A stretch of DNA of 48,861 bases. It comes from Dehalococcoidia bacterium UBA6808. Its GTDB lineage: Bacteria; Chloroflexota; Dehalococcoidia; GIF9; UBA5629. Position numbers and translations under genes: made by a program. Where the stretch lies: positions 50,832 through 99,692 of the forward strand of contig DKFA01000112.1 of assembly GCA_002452695.1 (NCBI GenBank). Direction: 5' to 3'. The notes under the pieces are model-generated. The model did no database searches, had not been told where the DNA came from, and was given only the letters and a program-made list of their open reading frames with translations. How positions within the stretch are numbered: the first letter of the stretch is position 1; the number at the start of each line of letters is the position of its first letter. Below, piece after piece: positions 1 through 7,641 of this stretch.

Positions 1-472
1 CCGTGGTGGCGCCGATAAAGGTAACATCCCCATTCTCAACGTAGGGCAGGATGGCATCCTGCTGGCCCTTGTTGAAACGGTGGATTTCGTCGATGAATAA
101 GATCGTCCGTTGCCCGCTGGCCTTTCTCCTGCGCGCGGCTTCATCAATAACCCTGCGCAGGTCGGCCACACCCGCCGTAACTGCGCTGAGCGGCACAAAG
201 TACGATCTGGAGACATTGGCAATGACACGAGCCAGCGTGGTCTTGCCGCTGCCAGGAGGTCCCCATAATATGATGGAGGGGAGCTGGTCTGATTCAATGG
301 CTTTACGCAAGACCTTGCCTTCGCCGATGATATGCCGCTGTCCGACATATTCGTTGAAATTCTGCGGGCGCAGGCGCGCCGCCAGGGGCATGGAAGCGGT
401 TGCCTGCTCCGGCTTTGCCCCGGCGCCCTTGTCACCCTGCAACTCGGGCGAACCGAGGTCGAAAAGTGTCAT
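1..472 (-). CDS. rarA: Replication-associated recombination protein A (RarA/MgsA AAA+ ATPase), N-terminal 157 codons; the 3' end runs off the window
   Basis: Absent from the ORF track because there is no stop in the window. Reverse-complement translation from ATG 472-470 reads MTLFDLG...DQLPSIILWGPPGSGKTTLARVIA (Walker A)...RTILFIDEIHRFNKGQQDAILPYVENGDVTFIGATT (Walker B and the RarA-typical block). The ATG overlaps the stop of the upstream gene (ATGA at 469-472). Confidence 0.9.
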   Translation of the reverse strand, partial: MTLFDLGSPELQGDKGAGAKPEQATASMPLAARLRPQNFNEYVGQRHIIGEGKVLRKAIESDQLPSIILWGPPGSGKTTLARVIANVSRSYFVPLSAVTAGVADLRRVIDEAARRRKASGQRTILFIDEIHRFNKGQQDAILPYVENGDVTFIGATT

Positions 473-1578
473 GGCGTGGGGTTCTCGCGTTTATTAATCT
501 GGGCAGCCACGTTAGAGGCCCGCTCGTAATAGTCTTTGATCTTATCCAGGTAGGTAATGCGGGATGCTATCAGCGTGACAGTAGCAATATCATTGACACC
601 GTAAAAATCGCCCCCTCTGACCTCGCCGTTATTGGTCAGCTCGCGCAGACGGTTGCCCACTGAGCGCGTCATGTTGATATTGGCATTCTTGCTGGGAACA
701 CACAGCAGATACAATGCCTTGCGGGCGTCTTCCAGCCTGCATTCAATGGAAAAATGCGCCAGGGCGGCGCTCATGGCCTCCATGACCTTGACGGTCTCCT
801 CGCCCTTGCTCTCAAAATTGTCGCCCTTCTTGAACAGCGAGAAGCCGGACGAGGGTATCTGCGCCGTACCGTAGCCGATGGCGCTCCAACCGCTGAGCGA
901 CTGGACGATATCGCCAACGCCAATATTCCTGGTTCCCAGGAACCTGGGGTCCACTTTCTCGCTGGCGCGCAGCAAGTCGAAGAACGGCGACACTATCTCG
1001 CGGTTGACCATGTCATTAGAGGCAGCCGACTTGATGCTGGCTTCAGACATCACCTTTTCATTATCGAACAGAAAGACCGCATCGGCCGTCTTGTCGATCG
1101 ATTTCAGACACAGTGCGGTATTATAGACACAAAGCGGTATATTGACCTCCGCCTGTAACGGCAGGACGATAAGAGCATAGAGCGGCTTGTTGACATACCT
1201 GTCCTTGAGTTTGCGGGCCAGGATCGATACGCCGCCGGAGCCGATGCAGCCCGCGCTGGATGACACCAGCAGAAAGGCGTCCGTCTCGAAGAACTCGCCG
1301 GCTTTCATAGTGGCAATGATACGGTCGCCGTTGGCCTTCATCAGTTCAGCGCCGGCTTCAATCTGCTTATTCCCGACGGCGGAAGCGGGGAGCTGGATGG
1401 TCAGCAGCTTTTCGCCGACCTTGCGTAACGCAGACAGAGAAGCCTGGTCATCATTGATGGCATAGGACCTTACCAGCACATCAACGCCGGTCTCAGCTTT
1501 GGCTTTACTTCCCAGTCGCACAAACTCAGCAGCAATATTGCTCCCACAGTCACCGATCCCAATTACTACAAGTTTCAT
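469..1578 (-). CDS. Tubulin/FtsZ-superfamily protein, CetZ-like, with a degenerate tubulin signature motif
   Basis: 369-aa ORF with GGAGG 8 nt upstream of ATG 1578. Family-typical segments are MKLVVIGIGDCGSNIAAEF (T1-loop region), DAFLLVSSSAGCIGSGGVSILARKLKDRY (aligns with GGGTGSG), FLFDNE and C-terminal GEVRGGDF. The family call comes from remembered CetZ/tubulin motifs and has not been searched. Confidence 0.7.
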   Translation of the reverse strand: MKLVVIGIGDCGSNIAAEFVRLGSKAKAETGVDVLVRSYAINDDQASLSALRKVGEKLLTIQLPASAVGNKQIEAGAELMKANGDRIIATMKAGEFFETDAFLLVSSSAGCIGSGGVSILARKLKDRYVNKPLYALIVLPLQAEVNIPLCVYNTALCLKSIDKTADAVFLFDNEKVMSEASIKSAASNDMVNREIVSPFFDLLRASEKVDPRFLGTRNIGVGDIVQSLSGWSAIGYGTAQIPSSGFSLFKKGDNFESKGEETVKVMEAMSAALAHFSIECRLEDARKALYLLCVPSKNANINMTRSVGNRLRELTNNGEVRGGDFYGVNDIATVTLIASRITYLDKIKDYYERASNVAAQINKRENPTP

Positions 1579-1710
1579 TAACTGGACCTCCCGTGGAATA
1601 TCTTAATCTGGGAGACAGTCGCTAAAACTTTACTGACTGAACGATCGCCTGGTCTCATTGAACCTGATATATACCATAACAGATAGGAGGGACTATGGCA
1701 ACCGCCTCTG

Positions 1711-2226
1711 CTACTTATATCTCTTCACCTCAAAACGGTACAGTTGGACCGGCTCAGAACTCATTATTCCTGCCTTTTGCCTGCAGATGGCAATCTGTGT
1801 TTCAACATCGTCCACCCCTTCCAGATCGGGCAGAAGCAGCCCGCGGCGGAAGCCTGCCTGTACGATAACCCCGTACTTCCTGGGATCAAGCAATGCTTGA
1901 TCCTTGATCGGCTCGGGGTGTGTCAGCACATCGACACTATATTCGAGGTCTTGCAGTTCTGATGGTTTGACCGGCGGAAAACGCGGGTCTCCCACAGCAG
2001 ACGCGATGGCGTTTCGCACTATCTCGTCAGCAATATTAGCTTCCATCGGTTCGAAGGTACCAATGCAGCCGCGCAGCTGGCCGCGCTTTTTTAAAGAGAC
2101 GAACACTCCTGCCCTTTCTTTCATCTCGGGTGTCAGGTCTGACGGGTGCAGGACTTTGCCCTCGTTAACAAAGGCCTCAACAGCCTGTTTGGCAAGCTGC
2201 GCCAGTGGATGCATATCTTTTTTCAT
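1711..2226 (-). CDS. AMMECR1-domain protein (AmmeMemoRadiSam system protein A)
   Basis: 171-aa ORF with the hallmark [18 protein letters not shown] and later PDLEGVD...Y. It lies 13 nt downstream of the Memo-like gene. Confidence 0.9.
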   Translation of the reverse strand: MKKDMHPLAQLAKQAVEAFVNEGKVLHPSDLTPEMKERAGVFVSLKKRGQLRGCIGTFEPMEANIADEIVRNAIASAVGDPRFPPVKPSELQDLEYSVDVLTHPEPIKDQALLDPRKYGVIVQAGFRRGLLLPDLEGVDDVETQIAICRQKAGIMSSEPVQLYRFEVKRYK

Positions 2227-2239
2227 AAGCGCACCACCA

Positions 2240-3046
2240 TCATTTGCTGATAATTATTCCAGCATAGCCGACCACACTGGAATAATCACCTGACGTATCG
2301 CCGCTGGTCTGGTACTTGACCAGCTCCGCCCTTTCTGCCCCCATTTCTTTAGCTGCCGTGATCAGGCTGATCACAGGAGCATAACCACACATGGTGATCC
2401 CATACCTGGCGATGCGTTTGACCAGCTCGTCGGCATCCAGATCGAGGATAGCATCTATGGCCTGTCTGTCTTTGCTTTTGGCGCTCTCATGCGGCTCATA
2501 GTGCGTCATATCGCTGCTGGCCAGTATCACGGCATCCGATCCGGTCTTTTTCAAAGCCCGCGAAAGCGCAAGCCCGATCTCATTGTAGACTGAGGGATCG
2601 GCCTGCGCCAGTATGATGGGGACGATGGATACATCAGGCTTGAAATACTGCAGAAACGGCAGTTGCACCTCCAGGGAATGCTCATAGAGGTGGGCCACAT
2701 GATCTGCTTCCAGATAGCGGGACTCTCCCAGTATCTCAGAGGCCAAGGCCACATCGATGGGTGTCTCTCCCAGGGGCGTTTTCCACCGGCCGTCCTTCAT
2801 CAGACTGAAAGGTTTGCCCATGCCATGGTGATTTGGGCCAATCAGGATAAATGTGGAAGGAAACTTCAGGATGGAAAATACGGCGCCGGCCACCGGCCCC
2901 GAGTAGACATAGCCGGCGTGAGGACAGACCAGTCCTATGGCCTCTCGTTTTACCTCACCTTTGGGAGTCATGTATTCGATTATTTTACGTAACTCGCCAG
3001 GCCGGTTCGGGTAGAATTGGCCTGCTACTGCTGCTTCCCTGATCAT
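2240..3046 (-). CDS. MEMO1-family protein (AmmeMemoRadiSam system protein B)
   Basis: 268-aa ORF with [23 protein letters not shown] and SSDMTHYE, the His/Asp/Cys metal-site pattern of Memo. Its ATG overlaps the radical SAM stop (ATGA at 3043-3046). Confidence 0.9.
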   Translation of the reverse strand: MIREAAVAGQFYPNRPGELRKIIEYMTPKGEVKREAIGLVCPHAGYVYSGPVAGAVFSILKFPSTFILIGPNHHGMGKPFSLMKDGRWKTPLGETPIDVALASEILGESRYLEADHVAHLYEHSLEVQLPFLQYFKPDVSIVPIILAQADPSVYNEIGLALSRALKKTGSDAVILASSDMTHYEPHESAKSKDRQAIDAILDLDADELVKRIARYGITMCGYAPVISLITAAKEMGAERAELVKYQTSGDTSGDYSSVVGYAGIIISK

Positions 3047-4086
3047 TTCCGCACCTGCGTATTCAGTGTATTCCGGATATTCAATTCAGCGCCACAAACA
3101 GCGCAATTTGCGCCTTTAAGGGCCTTTATCCTGGTATGGTAGCCGGTCCTTTCAATTACCTGCGTGCCACAATTGTAGCACACCGTGTTCTCATAAGAAT
3201 GGCCGGGCACATTGCCCAGGTAGACAAAGCGCAACCCTGCCTCTTTACCCAGCGAGACAGCCTTCTCAAGCGTTGCAATGGGAGTGGGCGGCAAATGACT
3301 GAACTCATGGTGTGGATAGAATCGCGTGACATGCCAGGGCGTCAGTTCGCCCAGCTTTTCTCTGATCCACATGGCGATGTCCGAAAGCTGGGCATCATCA
3401 TCGTTAACCGATGGAATAACGTTGGTGACAACCTCGACATGCATATTCCACTTATGCCTGGCCCGTTCCGCTGTTTCCAGTATTCCCCTCCAGCCCTTGA
3501 CCTTCGCCAGCTTACGGTACACCCCGTCGGTAAAGCCCTTGATATCCACCCGCCAGGCATCCAGGTAAGGCCCAATTACATCAAGGGCTTCCGCTGTCAT
3601 AAAGCCGTTGGTAACATAAACGGTATATAGCCCCTGGCGGCGCGCCAGTTTGGCAGTATCCAATGTATATTCGAACCAGACGGTCGGTTCATTGTACGTC
3701 CAGGCCAGCCCGGCGCAATGCTGCTGCTCTGCCAGCTTGACCGCCTGCTCCGGGCTGATAATATCCAAGCTGCGCTGTATTTCAGCCGGATTTTCCACAC
3801 AGGCGATCTGCCAGTTCTGGCAATGGGCACAATGGAAATTGCAGCCGACCGTGCCAAAAGACAACACTGTAGTGCCGGGGAAAAAGTGAAATAACGGTTT
3901 TTTCTCGATCGGGTCCGCAGCCAGCGAGGAAACCCTGGCGTAGTTGAGCGGGATTACGCGGCCATCTTCGTTGCCCCGGACACCGCATACGCCGGTCTTG
4001 CCCGGGTTTATCACACAGCGCCACAGGCAGACATTGCAGCGTACCCGGTTACCAGATAGTTTATCGTAAAGAAGCGCCTCCTCCAT
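3043..4086 (-). CDS. AmmeMemoRadiSam system radical SAM enzyme (PFL-activase-like)
   Basis: Carries the CNFHCAHCQNW (CX3CX2C) radical SAM cluster motif. Extra Cys pairs occur at the N-terminus (CNVCLWRC) and C-terminus (CYNCG...CAVCG). I prefer ATG 4086 (MEEALLYDK), preceded by GGAGAGGGG, over the track's TTG at 4104. Confidence 0.88.
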   Translation of the reverse strand: MEEALLYDKLSGNRVRCNVCLWRCVINPGKTGVCGVRGNEDGRVIPLNYARVSSLAADPIEKKPLFHFFPGTTVLSFGTVGCNFHCAHCQNWQIACVENPAEIQRSLDIISPEQAVKLAEQQHCAGLAWTYNEPTVWFEYTLDTAKLARRQGLYTVYVTNGFMTAEALDVIGPYLDAWRVDIKGFTDGVYRKLAKVKGWRGILETAERARHKWNMHVEVVTNVIPSVNDDDAQLSDIAMWIREKLGELTPWHVTRFYPHHEFSHLPPTPIATLEKAVSLGKEAGLRFVYLGNVPGHSYENTVCYNCGTQVIERTGYHTRIKALKGANCAVCGAELNIRNTLNTQVRK

Positions 4087-4264
4087 ATAAGCCCCTCTCC
4101 ACAATTATAACACGCCAAAGACAACGGGGTACTGACAACCTGAAAAACCGCTCCACCATCACTTATGAATAATAGTCCCGGATAGACAGCGCTTTAATTA
4201 TTCTGTGAAATATAAAAGCATGGCAGTTCGAGCCGCTTCAAACAAGAAAATATGTCTTTTAGCT

Positions 4265-4294
4265 TTGACATAAAATTCGTCATTCTGTTACAAT
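4265..4294 (+). promoter_or_regulatory. Sigma-70-type promoter for fbp: TTGACA, 18 nt, TACAAT
   Basis: TTGACA at 4265-4270 and TACAAT at 4289-4294, in an AT-rich 315-bp divergent intergenic region. This implies a 5' leader of roughly 120 nt before ATG 4420. Confidence 0.55.
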
Positions 4295-4419
4295 TTAACG
4301 CTGACGTATCAGTAAATTTTAGCGCCTGATCAATTGATTTGGACTTCTCATGCCGAATAGCGATTCATATATTCCGGGTACAGGCAGGGTACTGAAATAT
4401 TCATTAGCAAGGAGGTATT

Positions 4420-5514
4420 ATGAAAGTCACACTAAGCGTTATCAAAGCTGACGTCGGCGGTTGGGTCGGTCATTGCAGCATGCATCCCGACCTGATTGCT
4501 GCCGGCGACTCCGCACTGGCCAAGGCCAAGAAAGCCGGCCTGATCATCGATTACCACGTAACCCGCTGTGGCGATGATCTGCAGTTTATCATGACCCATA
4601 CCAATGGTACAGATAATAGAGAGATCCACGAGCTGGCCTGGAATACATTCAAAACCTGCACCGGGATAGCTAAGAAACTTAAGCTGCACGGAGCCGGACA
4701 GGACCTGCTCGCCGACGCCTTTTCGGGCAACGTAAAGGGACAGGGACCCGGCGTGGCTGAGATGGATATCGACGAGCGGGAAGCCGAGCCTGTTGTCATC
4801 TTCATGGCTGACAAGACGGCCTCCGGCGCCTGGAACCTGCCTCTCTACCACATATTCAGCGATCCCTTTAACACGATCGGCCTGGTTATTTCATCCAACA
4901 TGCACAAAGGCTTTCTGTTCGAGGTTCATGATGTAAAAGAAAGCAAGAAGATCATATTTAAATGTCCCGAGGAAACCTATGACATGCTGGTCTTCATCGG
5001 CGCCCCATCCAGGTATACGGTCAAGGCTGTTTATTCCCGCGAGACCGGTGAGATCGCCGCCAGTTCATCGACGCAAAAGCTATCCCTGATAGCAGGCCGC
5101 TATGTAGGCAAGGATGACCCTGTTTGCATCGTCAGGGCCCAGGGTATTTTCCCCGCCGTGGGTGAAGTGCTTGAACCATTTGCAAGGCCCCATATTGTGG
5201 AAGGCTGGATGCGCGGCTCGCACAACGGCCCGCTCATGCCGGTAGCAGTCAAGGAAAGCAATCCAACACGTTTCGACGGCCCGCCCAGGGTTATAGCAGC
5301 TGGTTTCCAACTGGCTGAAGGTCGCCTGGTCGGCCCGGTGGACATGTTCGACGATCCTGCCTTTAACAACGCCAGACAGGCCGCCCTCAACATGGCCGAC
5401 ATGCTCAGGCGGCACGGCCCCTTCGAACCACACAGGCTGCCTCTGGAAGAGATGGAATACACTACCATGCCGCAGGTCATGCAAAAGCTGCGCCGCAGGT
5501 TCGAGAAGATATAG
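4420..5514 (+). CDS. fbp: Fructose-1,6-bisphosphate aldolase/phosphatase (class V FBPase, archaeal type)
   Basis: 364-aa ORF with AGGAGG upstream. The N-terminus MKVTLSVIKADVGGWVGHCSMHPD matches the family N-terminus (..SVIKADIGS.aGH...HP), and the length is typical. Confidence 0.9.
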   Translation: MKVTLSVIKADVGGWVGHCSMHPDLIAAGDSALAKAKKAGLIIDYHVTRCGDDLQFIMTHTNGTDNREIHELAWNTFKTCTGIAKKLKLHGAGQDLLADAFSGNVKGQGPGVAEMDIDEREAEPVVIFMADKTASGAWNLPLYHIFSDPFNTIGLVISSNMHKGFLFEVHDVKESKKIIFKCPEETYDMLVFIGAPSRYTVKAVYSRETGEIAASSSTQKLSLIAGRYVGKDDPVCIVRAQGIFPAVGEVLEPFARPHIVEGWMRGSHNGPLMPVAVKESNPTRFDGPPRVIAAGFQLAEGRLVGPVDMFDDPAFNNARQAALNMADMLRRHGPFEPHRLPLEEMEYTTMPQVMQKLRRRFEKI

Positions 5515-5521
5515 TCGGATT

Positions 5522-6127
5522 ATGTCCGGGTTACTGGTTGCCACAACCAATCGCGGCAAGGTCGCCGAATACAGGCATCTGCTGGAAGGATTGAAGGTTG
5601 ATCTTATAACCCTGGATGAGGCAGGCATCAGCCAGGAAGCTGACGAGAGCTTCCAAACATTTGAGGAGAATGCGCGCTCCAAGGCCATGTTCTATGCCGG
5701 CCTGAGCGGGCTTCCGACTTTGGCCGACGATTCGGGCCTGGAAGTTGATGCGCTGGGTGGGGAGCCGGGTGTCAGATCTTCACGTTATGCAGGCGATCAT
5801 GCCACCGACAGCGACCGGGTCAATTTCCTGCTTGAAAAGCTGAAGGGCGTCCCCCTGGAAAAAAGACAGGCCAGGTTCAAATGCGTTATTGCTATCGCAT
5901 CCCCCGGCGGAGATGTCAAAACTGTCAGCGGTGAATGTGAGGGTATCATAGATGTGGAGCCTCGCGGAAATAACGGCTTCGGCTATGATCCCATCTTTTA
6001 TCTGCCTCAATATGGCAGGACCATCGCAGAGCTCAGCCCAGAGCTTAAGAACGAGATCAGCCATCGCGGCCGGGCGGCACATAAAGCACGTGAGGTGCTG
6101 GCCGCGCTGCTGGCTGGAAAAAGTTAG
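5522..6127 (+). CDS. rdgB: Non-canonical purine NTP pyrophosphatase (RdgB/HAM1 family)
   Basis: Carries VATTNRGKVAEY, ADDSGLEVDALGGEPGVRSSRY, FGYDPIF and KNEISHRGRA. It starts 7 nt after the fbp stop. Confidence 0.92.
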   Translation: MSGLLVATTNRGKVAEYRHLLEGLKVDLITLDEAGISQEADESFQTFEENARSKAMFYAGLSGLPTLADDSGLEVDALGGEPGVRSSRYAGDHATDSDRVNFLLEKLKGVPLEKRQARFKCVIAIASPGGDVKTVSGECEGIIDVEPRGNNGFGYDPIFYLPQYGRTIAELSPELKNEISHRGRAAHKAREVLAALLAGKS

Positions 6128-6145
6128 AACACAACTTTTTCGGCC

Positions 6146-7528
6146 ATGATACAACTGCTGATTATCGCCCTCTACTTTGTCATCGTCATAGTTATCGGTC
6201 TGTTCAGCCGCCGAAAACGCTGGAGCGCCGACGATTTCTTTGTTTCCGGCCGCCGGTATACCACATTCTTCATCACGGGATCGCTGCTGGCCACTATGAT
6301 CGGCGGATCGGCCACGGTCGGCCTGGCCGGGCTGGGTTACAGCCGGGGCCTGACGGGAGCATGGTGGCTGCTGGTCGGCAGCATCGGCCTGACAGCGCTC
6401 GGCATCTTTTTCGCCGGTAAAATACGTGAACGGGGTCTCTATACTCTACCCGAGCTGGCTGAGAAGCAGTACGGCAAAACGGTCGCCCTGGCTGTATCCA
6501 TACTGGTGGTAGTCTCGTGGCTGGGTGTGATAGCCGGGCAGATTATCGCAGCCGGCAAAATACTGTCCACGCTGGGGATGGGCAGCCCTGAGCTCTGGAT
6601 GGCCGGTTTCACCTTCACCTTCCTGGTTTACCTGGTCATCGGCGGCCAGGATGCCGTCATCCGCACCGATATGATCCAGATCGGAATCATCATCATAGGC
6701 GTCCTGGTTGGACTGGGAGCACTTGTCTGGCAGACAGGCGGGCCGGGCTACCTGCTGAATGCGCTGACGCCCGATAAACTCAACTTCCCGCTCAGCTCCA
6801 GCTTCAACGCGCTCGACCTGGCCAGCTACGTATTTTTGATCGGTTCGACATATGCAGTCGGTCCCGATATATACTCCCGTTTGTTTTGCGCCCGTGATGA
6901 GTCGACGGCCAGGAAATCGGCTATCTGGTCGGCAGTTCTGATCATACCGGTTGCCTTCGCTATAACGCTGCTGGGGATGTACGCCTCGGCGCTGTTCCCC
7001 AACATCTCTCCGGAACAGGCCCTTCCGGCAATTATTAAAGATGTATTTCATCCCCTGCTGAGCGGCGTAATCCTTGCAGCCATGGTGGCGGCCATCCTGC
7101 CTTCAGCAACCATGATGAGCGCCAGCACCATTTTAACTGTAGATATAGTGGGCAAACTAATCAAGGACCGGCCTGAAAAGAGAATGCTTGCACTGGCGCG
7201 TATTAATACGGTAATTATTGGAGCGGCGTCACTGGCTCTGGCCCTGATTCTCAGCGGCGTTATCAACGCACTGCTTTTTGCTTACACCATCTATACCTGC
7301 GGAGTGATCGTCCCCATCGGGCTTGGTTTCTATAAGGCCAAACTCAAAGTCACAGCCACCGGGGCCATGGCATCCATCGTCGGCGGCGGCCTGGCCGGTC
7401 TGGCCAGCAAGGTCTGGGGTATAAAATATATGGATCTTGCTGCTCTCGGTATCAGCCTGGTCCTGCTTTTCGCCGTCAGCTATATACAAAACAGATATAA
7501 GGCCGGGAGGGCACAACATAAAGCCTAA
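6146..7528 (+). CDS. Sodium:solute symporter (SSF) family transporter, substrate unknown
   Basis: 460-aa polytopic membrane protein with about 12-13 hydrophobic spans. Its N-terminal pattern (FFVSGRR...GGSATVG) is SSF-like. Confidence 0.75.
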   Translation: MIQLLIIALYFVIVIVIGLFSRRKRWSADDFFVSGRRYTTFFITGSLLATMIGGSATVGLAGLGYSRGLTGAWWLLVGSIGLTALGIFFAGKIRERGLYTLPELAEKQYGKTVALAVSILVVVSWLGVIAGQIIAAGKILSTLGMGSPELWMAGFTFTFLVYLVIGGQDAVIRTDMIQIGIIIIGVLVGLGALVWQTGGPGYLLNALTPDKLNFPLSSSFNALDLASYVFLIGSTYAVGPDIYSRLFCARDESTARKSAIWSAVLIIPVAFAITLLGMYASALFPNISPEQALPAIIKDVFHPLLSGVILAAMVAAILPSATMMSASTILTVDIVGKLIKDRPEKRMLALARINTVIIGAASLALALILSGVINALLFAYTIYTCGVIVPIGLGFYKAKLKVTATGAMASIVGGGLAGLASKVWGIKYMDLAALGISLVLLFAVSYIQNRYKAGRAQHKA

Positions 7529-7557
7529 CATCCCAGCCAAAATGCTGCCACATTCAT

Positions 7558-7586
7558 TTGACAATATGTGCTCCAGTTGATAAAGT
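7558..7586 (+). promoter_or_regulatory. Candidate promoter: TTGACA, 17 nt, TAAAGT
   Basis: TTGACA at 7558-7563 and TAAAGT at 7581-7586, upstream of the flavin oxidoreductase gene. An AGGGGG SD lies 7 nt before ATG 7642. Confidence 0.4.
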
Positions 7587-7641
7587 GCACACCGGTATCT
7601 TGCGCACAAATTAAACGCGTGAAGACCGCAAGGGGGCTACC

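Noticed and set aside
51-663. Plus-strand ORFs of 148, 65 and 87 aa at the left edge of the window
   Set aside because: They lie antisense to the clearly recognisable rarA and CetZ-like coding sequences. Their products are Arg/Ala/Ser-rich low-complexity sequences with no SD. These are typical shadow ORFs of GC-rich coding DNA.
1695-1877. Plus-strand AGGAGGG followed by ATG, opening a 60-codon frame in and beyond the AMMECR1/CetZ-like gap
   Set aside because: The SD-to-ATG spacing is only 3 nt. The frame runs antisense through the AMMECR1 gene, and the product has no features.
4215-4245. GCAGTTCGAGCCGC, which resembles a tRNA T-arm (GTTCGA)
   Set aside because: The flanking bases cannot form the 5-bp T-stem, and no acceptor, D or anticodon arms can be drawn. 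It is not a tRNA.
5080-5688. 202-aa minus-strand ORF spanning the fbp/rdgB junction
   Set aside because: It is antisense to two confidently identified genes and has a low-complexity product.
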